In this document: positions 1 to 6,755 of the stretch, piece after piece
Layout of the letters: the number at the start of each line of letters is the position of its first letter
Position numbering within the stretch: the stretch's first letter is position 1
Made by a program: the position numbers and the translations under genes
Notes under the pieces: model-generated
The model's database searches: none
Told to the model about the DNA's origin: nothing
What the model saw: the letters and a program-made list of their open reading frames with translations, nothing else
Source: a virus
Lineage: Duplodnaviria; Caudoviricetes
DNA length: 24,636 nt
Direction: 5' to 3' (one strand)
Virus record (IMG/VR): IMGVR_UViG_3300017911_001082
Coordinates: 1-24,636 of that record

Positions 1-537
1 CGTCCAATTAAAGCATTCATCCCAGGCACAAAGCATGGTACACGTGAAGTATTTGAAAAGAAAGTAATGTTGGCAGGTTGTAAAGCAGCTGGTTCATATG
101 ACTATTTCTTTAACAACGTAACTGGTGGTGATAAGAAGAAAACGGAAAAAGAATGCTTCAAAGTGCGTACAGATGGTGTGTCAGTCGATATCGATGGGGA
201 TTACACCGAGACTCTAGCAAGTCTAGAGGCGAACAAAGAAGGAATTGGTGTTTTCGGACTAAGCTTCTTGCTGAACAACACGGATACTATTTACGCTGCA
301 AGAATGAATGGTGTGACGCCATCGACAGAGACGATTGCCTCAGGCGTTTATCCAGTTTCACGTCCGTTGCAATTCTACGTTAAGCATGCACATTTAGATC
401 AAGTAGAGGGGTTAAGAGAGTACATTGAATTCTTTGTATCAGACGAAATTGCGGGACCAGATGGCCCGTTGGCAGAATACGGATTGGTATCTGATCCTGA
501 GCTTGCAGCCACACAAGCTATGGTCGATGAATTTTAA
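1..537 (+). CDS. pstS: Phosphate ABC transporter substrate-binding protein PstS (5'-truncated; auxiliary metabolic gene)
   Basis: Frame open from base 1 (RPIKAFIPGTKHGTREVFEKK...). Motifs DIDGDYTETL, GVFGL, IASGVYPVSRPLQFYVKHAH and GPDGPLAEYGLV are typical of Rhodobacteraceae-type PstS. Confidence 0.92.
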   Translation, partial: RPIKAFIPGTKHGTREVFEKKVMLAGCKAAGSYDYFFNNVTGGDKKKTEKECFKVRTDGVSVDIDGDYTETLASLEANKEGIGVFGLSFLLNNTDTIYAARMNGVTPSTETIASGVYPVSRPLQFYVKHAHLDQVEGLREYIEFFVSDEIAGPDGPLAEYGLVSDPELAATQAMVDEF

Positions 538-578
538 GTGGTTCTATTAAAATAAATTAAAAAAAATTAAAAAAATGT

Positions 579-609
579 AAAAAGGGGGTTGACACGACTC
601 CCTTTTTTT
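579..609 (+). terminator. Intrinsic terminator hairpin after pstS, overlapping the next promoter
   Basis: AAAAAGGGGGTT-GACAC-GACTCCC-T7; the stem includes G-U pairs and is followed by 7 T. Confidence 0.7.
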
Positions 610-617
610 GTTATAGT
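589..617 (+). promoter_or_regulatory. sigma70-type early promoter with A-tract UP element
   Basis: TTGACA (589-594), 17 nt spacer, TATAGT (612-617) with extended TG; A-rich tract 548-583. Confidence 0.85.
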
Positions 618-643
618 GTAGTGTAAGAAAAAGAGAGAGGCAG

Positions 644-1177
644 ATGTTTAAAAAACTTATACTTGCAGTCACGTGTGTTGGATTGTTAGGTCCAGTACCT
701 ATTTCCGTAAAAGCGGATACACCAGAGACTCAGAATATGAAACGAGAAATCCAGTGTATCGCAGATAATATCTATTGGGAAGCACGAAACCAGACAGTGA
801 AAGGAATGATCGGTGTTGCTCTTGTTACACGCAATCGGGTTGCTGATAGTCGTTACCCAGATACGTATTGTGAGGTGGTTACTCAGGGACCTACTCGACA
901 ATCTTGGCGAGATGCCACGGTTAGAATCCCTGTTCGTAATCGTTGCCAATTCAGTTGGTATTGTGATGGCAAGTCTGATGTTATACCTAGTGTTGACAGT
1001 GATTTATATGCCGTTGCTCGTGCCATTGCTTTTCGAGTCTACCATGGCAGTTTTGGCGATTTTACTTCAGGTGCAACTCACTACCATGCCGACTATGTAA
1101 ACCCTGCATGGGCAAAAACTAAAACTCGTACTACCAAAGTTGGTCGTCACATTTTCTATAGATGGGAGAAACGATGA
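644..1177 (+). CDS. Cell wall hydrolase, SleB/Hydrolase_2 family
   Basis: Signal peptide, CIADNIYWEARNQ, VALVTRNRV..YP.TYCEVV, CQFSWYCDG, GATHYHADYVNPAW, VGRHIFY. Confidence 0.92.
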   Translation: MFKKLILAVTCVGLLGPVPISVKADTPETQNMKREIQCIADNIYWEARNQTVKGMIGVALVTRNRVADSRYPDTYCEVVTQGPTRQSWRDATVRIPVRNRCQFSWYCDGKSDVIPSVDSDLYAVARAIAFRVYHGSFGDFTSGATHYHADYVNPAWAKTKTRTTKVGRHIFYRWEKR

Positions 1178-1452
1178 TAGAAAGTCCTATAAACGTACTG
1201 CAAGAGTTGATGTGTATCACTGCAGAAGAGTCGGGAGAACTTGTACAACAGTGTATGAAAATTATGCGCAAGTACGATGATGGGGACTTGATTTCTGAAG
1301 AAGATCGTGTTAAACTAGTAGAAGAGATTGGTGATGTGTTTCACATGATCGAACTAATGGTAGCTCATCAAATCACGGATTGGAGAGAGATCCATGATCG
1401 TGCGGATGAGAAAAATGAAAAATTAAAAATATGGAGTAATCTTACAGAATGA
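1174..1452 (+). CDS. MazG-like NTP pyrophosphohydrolase
   Basis: EESGELVQ and LVEEIGDV all-alpha NTP-PPase motifs; ATG at 1174 overlaps the upstream TGA and has a GGGAG RBS. Confidence 0.75.
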   Translation: MIESPINVLQELMCITAEESGELVQQCMKIMRKYDDGDLISEEDRVKLVEEIGDVFHMIELMVAHQITDWREIHDRADEKNEKLKIWSNLTE

Positions 1453-1724
1453 CTATTTCTTATAAATTCAATGAAGACAAATATGTCGATGAATTAAAAA
1501 CTTATGTTGATAAAACATATGGTCAACACTACGCAACTGACAAATATCAGGCGACTGATGTCATACTTGATGGTGGCCACGGTACAGGGTTCTGTATCGG
1601 TAACATTCTAAAGTATGCACAACGTTATGGTAAAAAGGGCACCCAAGAGGATGCCCGAAAAGATTTACTAAAAGTGTTGCATTATGCACTTATCCAATTA
1701 CATGTGCATGATGAAGGAATCTAA
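1449..1724 (+). CDS. Conserved T4-like phage protein (DUF3310-like)
   Basis: YKFNE...TYGQHY, GFCIGNILKYAQRYGKKG, DLLKVLHYA pattern. Confidence 0.75.
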   Translation: MTISYKFNEDKYVDELKTYVDKTYGQHYATDKYQATDVILDGGHGTGFCIGNILKYAQRYGKKGTQEDARKDLLKVLHYALIQLHVHDEGI

Positions 1725-2416
1725 TTAGATAATGGGTTGTCCAGTGCTTCTTGCAACTTCTCTGACATATCACGCTCAAGGATGCGCATGGACTCCCTTG
1801 TATCTTTCTCTGATTGACGAATAGTAGATTCTACTTCTCTGATAGATTGTGTCACATCTTTCTGTAACTCATTCATCTCATTACGGATACCCTCTAAAGT
1901 GTCACCGATACTTGATTGGGTATCCTTTATTCTATTCTCAGACGTTTCTAACTGAGTGTTGATATTGTCACGCATACCTGCCATGACATCTTGATTATCT
2001 TTCAGTGTTGTTCTGAGACGTTCTTCGAATGTGTCAAGTTTATTGTAGACATCATTCTTTAGGTTGCGAACTGTACTGTCGAGTCTTGTGAGTTGTTCAT
2101 CGACTCGTGTCTTTGTCTCGTCAACCTTATCTTCCATAACACCAACAAGAGATTCGAGTCTGAGGATATCAGACTTCAGATCATCTTTAATATCTTGTGT
2201 ATATGAGATTGCATCTTCGAGTTTCTGTAGTTGTAATGTATTCGCAGACTGAATCTCGTCGATATCAATGTTTTGGATAATCTCTTTCATATCCATGTAG
2301 TCTTTGTAGAATTCAAATCCAGCCCATGCACCACCACCTAGTGTAGATAATGCCGTGAGCACTGCGAACATTTTACCACCTCTAAAGGTAGTTCCTGCAA
2401 ACTCAAACTCTGCCAT
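1721..2416 (-). CDS. Membrane-anchored long coiled-coil protein
   Basis: N-terminal hydrophobic helix (MFAVLTALSTLGGGAWAGF) followed by about 190 aa of charged heptad-like amphipathic helix. Confidence 0.8.
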   Translation of the reverse strand: MAEFEFAGTTFRGGKMFAVLTALSTLGGGAWAGFEFYKDYMDMKEIIQNIDIDEIQSANTLQLQKLEDAISYTQDIKDDLKSDILRLESLVGVMEDKVDETKTRVDEQLTRLDSTVRNLKNDVYNKLDTFEERLRTTLKDNQDVMAGMRDNINTQLETSENRIKDTQSSIGDTLEGIRNEMNELQKDVTQSIREVESTIRQSEKDTRESMRILERDMSEKLQEALDNPLSN

Positions 2417-2808
2417 TATTCTTTCTTTCTATTATCCCAAGGTCCGTTCTCATAACAACCTGCGGGTAGAGTATCCTTGTAATTTACCCATGCTTTCATA
2501 CTGGAACCGTTTGTTTCCATTCCTGCACTCTCAAATGCCATTTCACGTGGTTTTCCCCAACACCGATTTAGACTTTGTCCAGGCACTCTGTACCGTGGAT
2601 TGTGTTTTAGGAAGTCACGCATTTCTGCGAGTTCTACTCTATTCTGATTCACTCTGTAATCACTCGCACATGCTGCCGCCTTACTCCAATTGAAGGTGTC
2701 GAAGTTTTCTGGTTTGTAACCATTGACTTCTAAACATGTATTCATATAATTGTTATCTGCTGCAGACGCAGCAATCGGTAACATCAAACATAACAAAAAC
2801 TTTTTCAT
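2416..2808 (-). CDS. Exported Cys-containing hypothetical protein
   Basis: Sec signal MKKFLLCLMLPIAASA; 4 Cys in the mature part; stop/start overlap with the next gene. Confidence 0.8.
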   Translation of the reverse strand: MKKFLLCLMLPIAASAADNNYMNTCLEVNGYKPENFDTFNWSKAAACASDYRVNQNRVELAEMRDFLKHNPRYRVPGQSLNRCWGKPREMAFESAGMETNGSSMKAWVNYKDTLPAGCYENGPWDNRKKE

Positions 2809-2960
2809 TTACAATTCTCATATTTACAGGGATTCAACATCTTATCCCACGTAGGACCAATATTCTCCCAATACGGGTTTTTCTTTTCATGTCCTAAATT
2901 ATACCACACAGCAAGTAAAAATGCAATCCCAAATATTATTGCAACTATGTTACTCTTCAA
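2805..2960 (-). CDS. Small single-pass membrane protein (51 aa, TTG start; absent from ORF track)
   Basis: MKSNIVAIIFGIAFLLAVWYNLGHEKKNPYWENIGPTWDKMLNPCKYENCK*; GGGAG RBS 8 nt upstream; ATGA overlap with the gene at 2808; fills the gap exactly. Confidence 0.65.
   Translation of the reverse strand: MKSNIVAIIFGIAFLLAVWYNLGHEKKNPYWENIGPTWDKMLNPCKYENCK
2898..2926 (-). promoter_or_regulatory. Internal sigma70-type promoter
   Basis: Minus strand TTGCAT (2926-2921), 17 nt spacer, TATAAT (2903-2898) with extended TG. Confidence 0.55.
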
Positions 2961-3366
2961 ACTGCAACTCCCTTAGCACTTTCAGTTCTGCTTCTAGTTT
3001 TTGTAGTTCTAATTGTTTTTTACGTAGTTCTAATTCATATAATCTATTACAGTTGATTCTGCTTTTATTTCTTTTTCCTAACGGAATTGTTATTCTTGCA
3101 TAGACGCCCACATCACCCTTTGAGTTCTGATTGAAGTAATCGTTCATCTGACCAAACGTGTCACGATCACTTTGGATAATGCCTGTCACACCAAACTCAA
3201 GGTTCGTTGCAGATCCGATTGCATTAGAACAATCTAGTTCTCCTGCACGGAACTTATCAGATTGATAATTTCCACCTGTGCCTGGCATTGCCAAATTGAG
3301 TGACGTAGAATCTGCAAAAGATGCAGATGCGACACATACAAATCCTAACGCATAAAAAAATTTCAT
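2950..3366 (-). CDS. Exported protein with Cys-flanked amphipathic beta-hairpin and C-terminal coiled coil
   Basis: Signal peptide ending ASASFA; DC...NLEFGVTG...DVGVYARITIPLG...NC, then LYELELRKKQLELQKLEAEL. Confidence 0.8.
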   Translation of the reverse strand: MKFFYALGFVCVASASFADSTSLNLAMPGTGGNYQSDKFRAGELDCSNAIGSATNLEFGVTGIIQSDRDTFGQMNDYFNQNSKGDVGVYARITIPLGKRNKSRINCNRLYELELRKKQLELQKLEAELKVLRELQFEE

Positions 3367-3367
3367 A

Positions 3368-3742
3368 TCACCTCACACGAGAACAAATCATGGATTTTAT
3401 ACCAGTTGATTTTACATCCTCTTTCAATTGTTTAGACGTAGTGCAGATATACTCTACTTTTAGTTCATCCCTGTCTCTAATATATATCTCGAAATCTTTG
3501 TGCGCCAAATACTCCAACTGCATTACACGTTCAGTCGAAGCAAATGGAATAGGATTCCAATCTATATCGTAGACATTTATTTCATAATATTGTGCGTCTT
3601 CACGTCTATTCCACATATGCATATCCGTAACTAAGACCCCATCAATATAAGAAGGTCTTAGTTTTGGATACGTAGGTGTTAGTTCATGCCCATTAGATAA
3701 TGATGGGATCAGGACCAATAATATTAATATGACCAACTGCAA
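3368..3742 (-). CDS. Exported beta-rich protein, resembles a fimbrial chaperone N-terminal domain (start uncertain: 3742 TTG, 3757 or 3781)
   Basis: Signal LVILILLVLIPSLSNG then HELTPTYP; MWNRR..AQYYEINVYD; alternating beta strands; two C-terminal Cys. Confidence 0.6.
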   Translation of the reverse strand: MQLVILILLVLIPSLSNGHELTPTYPKLRPSYIDGVLVTDMHMWNRREDAQYYEINVYDIDWNPIPFASTERVMQLEYLAHKDFEIYIRDRDELKVEYICTTSKQLKEDVKSTGIKSMICSRVR

Positions 3743-3819
3743 TGTGTATATGTCCATCCACCTGATGTTGTTGTAGTGCATGCCGAGGAAGAGTTACTAC
3801 CACTACTTCCCCCACCACT

Positions 3820-4317
3820 TCAATTAGCGATACAAGTCGCCGTTACATTCGCCTTATATTCCCCGCCAGGCAGAGGTTTGTCTACACCGTATGTTACTTC
3901 GGAAGTAACTTTGAACCATGTAGATCCTGCTACTGTCAAATCATATTCAGTGTGGTTTTCATACTCAACCTTTGCTGCTTCATAACCAGACATACCAGTG
4001 TCTGATGTCGATGCAACCTCAACCTCACCATCCCACGCTACTGCATCTGTCAGTGATGGGGATGAAGTGAACTGATTAGGCCACGAAATCTTTGCAGTGT
4101 AGTAATCTGCAATTGTTACGTCATACCGAATAATCGGCATCACACCACCATCAGCGGGTAGTGTTGAAAGTTCATCTGGATTGGGGTTGCCATAAACGCC
4201 TGCAGTGTCTGTATAGACTGAACACTTAGACGAAACATTACCAGTAATTGGCGAATCAACTGCGAATGCGGAAGTCGCCATCAATAACGCACCCAATGTT
4301 ACGATAGATCTAAACAT
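3820..4317 (-). CDS. Fimbrial/pilin-like exported subunit
   Basis: Signal peptide, N-terminal ITGNVSSKCSV strand with Cys, beta-rich body, C-terminal LPGGEYKANVTATC resembling the GxYxAxxT terminal strand of chaperone-usher pilins; GGAG RBS. Confidence 0.65.
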   Translation of the reverse strand: MFRSIVTLGALLMATSAFAVDSPITGNVSSKCSVYTDTAGVYGNPNPDELSTLPADGGVMPIIRYDVTIADYYTAKISWPNQFTSSPSLTDAVAWDGEVEVASTSDTGMSGYEAAKVEYENHTEYDLTVAGSTWFKVTSEVTYGVDKPLPGGEYKANVTATCIAN

Positions 4318-4326
4318 AAGTTTCTC

Positions 4327-5223
4327 CTATTCTCTATCATATTGCGAGCGGACCATTTTTCTGTGATTGGTATCATTTGCCAAGTTTCTCAACGCTCTAC
4401 GGTTATCATTTATTTCTGCATCCTGTAATACTAAGGTGTCACGATATTCACCACCTTTAATTTCTACTTGATAATATGGTTCGATAGTAGGTACTCTTGC
4501 AAGTTCTGCCAGAATCATATTCTGTTGACCTGCGTCTACCATTGCATCTATAGTATTCTCACCACCCATCTGAGTTTCTAAATCTTCTTCTTTGTTGATC
4601 TCTTCTTCGTCTTCAACTTCTTCTTGTTCTTTCACTTCAACTTCTTGTTTTAGTGACGCTTGCACCCATTCATCATAAAAGGGATCATCTACAGTAGGTT
4701 CTTCCATATTCTTCAAATAATTTGCAAGTGCCTCTGCATAACCTCTACAAGTCGGATCTGCAAGAGGTGTGGTTGCACACTTCATTAGTTCATCATCTAC
4801 ATCCATCTTGTAGTTGTAAGTCACGGCGACATTACTGACTGTACCATCACCATCTACTACTACTTCACCTTTACCCCAACGTGTGGAATCTGTGTAAGGA
4901 AAACGGAAAAACTTCTGAATAGTTCCACCGTGTTTCTGATTCCAGTCATCAGTATTCTCAAACACATATCCACCATCTATTGCATCTTCGTTTCTTACAT
5001 GAACCAATGCATCAGAGTTTGGATCTTTACTCATAGTATATCTATATGCCAAACCGTTGATTTGTACAGTTATATATGCAGGAGTTGAGTCTGGTAACAC
5101 AGTTCCCATGTTCCAGTTCATTCCTGCACTTGCAGCGTTGTTTGTTACACCATACGTGGTATCAGAGTAACAATAAGAAGAGGAGGCCAACAAAACCGCC
5201 ACCCAATAGAGTCGATCTTTCAT
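4327..5223 (-). CDS. Exported protein with beta-rich N-domain and acidic helical C-domain
   Basis: Signal-like N-terminus, beta-rich first 140 aa, CxxxPLADPxC motif, E/D-rich linker. Confidence 0.75.
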   Translation of the reverse strand: MKDRLYWVAVLLASSSYCYSDTTYGVTNNAASAGMNWNMGTVLPDSTPAYITVQINGLAYRYTMSKDPNSDALVHVRNEDAIDGGYVFENTDDWNQKHGGTIQKFFRFPYTDSTRWGKGEVVVDGDGTVSNVAVTYNYKMDVDDELMKCATTPLADPTCRGYAEALANYLKNMEEPTVDDPFYDEWVQASLKQEVEVKEQEEVEDEEEINKEEDLETQMGGENTIDAMVDAGQQNMILAELARVPTIEPYYQVEIKGGEYRDTLVLQDAEINDNRRALRNLANDTNHRKMVRSQYDRE

Positions 5224-5746
5224 CAGGGTCCATATCCTTCAATGGGTTCAGAGACTTTTTACCATCCGTTGGTTGTTTCTCTTCATTCGCTAACCATGCT
5301 GCTTTCGCTGCATCACCAATCAATCCGTCATAGGGACAAGGTGTACCTGCATCCATCATTGCCTTGAACACTCGTTCATCTTGGCACATAGTAGATACTG
5401 CCGCAACCTTCATACCCATATCATATAGAGTTTTAGCATTCTTCAGTTTTTCACAATTCATATCTCGTACAGTTTTACCCGCACTGATACCCAAGATTTG
5501 CGTTTGTACTGCACCCGCAATGCCTACCGTACAAAGATCTGAACCAGACGCATTGATGGAAGGAGAGATTGCAGATGGAGGAGGAGACTCCACTACTGTT
5601 CTTGAATCACTATTTGAGTTCACTGTAGATGTGTTCTCGTTCTTTGTACATACATACCCTTCAGGACATGCCGCTGCCTCTTGTGAAAATGCCATATTCG
5701 CAGTAACAAAAATCATTGCCACCAGAAAACCCAGTTTCTTTAACAT
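5162..5746 (-). CDS. Exported Cys-rich protein with C-terminal membrane anchor (first gene of the operon)
   Basis: ATG at 5746 with GGAG RBS gives signal MLKKLGFLVAMIFVTANMAFS; PPPSAISP..DLC..AVQTQILGISAG..DMNCE..GMKVAAV..CQD..AGTPCP; tail GGGFVGLLFLLLL. Confidence 0.8.
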   Translation of the reverse strand: MLKKLGFLVAMIFVTANMAFSQEAAACPEGYVCTKNENTSTVNSNSDSRTVVESPPPSAISPSINASGSDLCTVGIAGAVQTQILGISAGKTVRDMNCEKLKNAKTLYDMGMKVAAVSTMCQDERVFKAMMDAGTPCPYDGLIGDAAKAAWLANEEKQPTDGKKSLNPLKDMDPDERSTLLGGGFVGLLFLLLL

Positions 5747-5780
5747 ATTATACTCCATTCGAAACCATGTTATATAATCG

Positions 5781-5788
5781 TATTTATA
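5781..5788 (-). promoter_or_regulatory. T4-type late promoter for the minus-strand operon
   Basis: TATAAATA on the minus strand about 35 nt upstream of ATG 5746. Confidence 0.7.
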
Positions 5789-5799
5789 ATATTTTTTTC

Positions 5800-5837
5800 T
5801 TGACCACCGTGCGTCATTATGGTATACTGTATAAATA
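5800..5837 (+). promoter_or_regulatory. Tandem sigma70 and T4 late promoters for the tmRNA
   Basis: TTGACC (5800-5805), 17 nt, TATACT (5823-5828) with extended TG; TATAAATA at 5830-5837. Confidence 0.75.
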
Positions 5838-5841
5838 TGAT

Positions 5842-6035
5842 CGTAGATGTTAGAGGATAGACTGGACTGGGGGGCAGTACCCCACACCTCCACCAAAACA
5901 CATGAGGGGGTGACATAGGATCGACAGGTATTTGAGTCTACAAAACACAACTGCAAACGATAACTTTGCACCATCTGATTACGCTCTAGCAGCGTAACAC
6001 AGGGGGCGGGTACTGCCTAGCAACAGAAGTGCCAC
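5842..6035 (+). ncRNA. ssrA: Circularly permuted two-piece tmRNA, alphaproteobacterial type (outer ends approximate)
   Basis: T-arm TGGGG-GGCAGTA-CCCCA (5868-5884), acceptor 3' strand CACCTCC-A-CCA (5885-5895), 10-nt intervening segment, 5' strand GGGGGTG (5906-5912) giving G3:U70, GGATCGAC motif, tag ORF 5953-5997 ANDNFAPSDYALAA*, terminal CCTAGCAACAGAA element. Confidence 0.95.
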
Positions 6036-6053
6036 TAAATTTTACAGGTGAAC

Positions 6054-6755
6054 ATGAGACTACAAATTTTTACATTGCAAATCCTCGCATATCTTTCTAT
6101 CATTCCAATGGTTATATATGCCAATTGGACGCAGTGGAGTATTGCATTTTTAATGTATTTTATTTTGAATGGACTTGGTATGATTATGACATACCATAGA
6201 TTATTGACTCATCGTAGTTATCAATGTCCTAAGTGGTTTGAATATTTAATGAGTTTTATAACTACGTTTAGTTTTACAGGTAGTGCCATAACTTGGATTG
6301 CTATTCATCGGAAACATCACAAATATGCTGATACAGAAAAAGACCCACACAGTCCTGATCATATGGGGTTTTGGAGAGTTCAATTCTTTACTGCGTTTGC
6401 AGATGTGGAAGGTAGATATGCCACAGATCTAATGCGTGATAAATTTTATAAATGGCAACACAAATACTATACTTGGATAATTTATAGTGGTTTGTTGTTA
6501 TTTACTTTGATAGATCCGATGTTGACAATTTATGGACTTCTATTTCCCGCTGCACTTACTTTATTTTTTGGCACTCTTGTTCTAAGTTGGGCGCACAAAG
6601 ATTATCAGCCTCGTACTGTGTTATGGTTAGCGATATTGACATTTGGTGACGCATTCCATGATATTCATCACGATCATCCTAATAAATACAGATTACACAA
6701 GTACGACTTGATTGGTTGGATTATAGAAAAGGTTTTTATAAATGTGGAAAGGTAG
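6054..6755 (+). CDS. Membrane fatty-acid desaturase 1 (delta-9-like)
   Basis: His boxes HRLLTH, HRKHH, HDIHH; DTEKDPHSP; transmembrane segments. GTG 6048 is an alternative start. Confidence 0.9.
   Translation: MRLQIFTLQILAYLSIIPMVIYANWTQWSIAFLMYFILNGLGMIMTYHRLLTHRSYQCPKWFEYLMSFITTFSFTGSAITWIAIHRKHHKYADTEKDPHSPDHMGFWRVQFFTAFADVEGRYATDLMRDKFYKWQHKYYTWIIYSGLLLFTLIDPMLTIYGLLFPAALTLFFGTLVLSWAHKDYQPRTVLWLAILTFGDAFHDIHHDHPNKYRLHKYDLIGWIIEKVFINVER

Noticed and set aside
153-1100. Alternate-frame ORFs 153-383, 686-949 and 813-1100
   Set aside because: Fully nested in pstS or the cell-wall hydrolase, with no independent signals.
2834-2890. 18-aa minus-strand ORF MKRKTRIGRILVLRGIRC downstream of the internal promoter
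   Set aside because: Very short, nested in the better-supported 51-aa ORF and without a well-spaced RBS; cannot be supported.
1721-5746. Curli (csg) operon as known from some marine myophages
   Set aside because: No CsgA/B-type Q/N/G repeats and no recognisable CsgG/CsgF sequence; used only as an analogy.
5868-5895. tRNA gene ending in CCA
   Set aside because: No anticodon arm upstream; the pairing 5' strand lies downstream, which is the permuted tmRNA layout.
5747-5974. N-terminal 76 aa of the ORF-track call 5162..5974
   Set aside because: Antisense to the tmRNA and its promoters; ATG 5746 has an RBS, a late promoter and gives a clean signal peptide.
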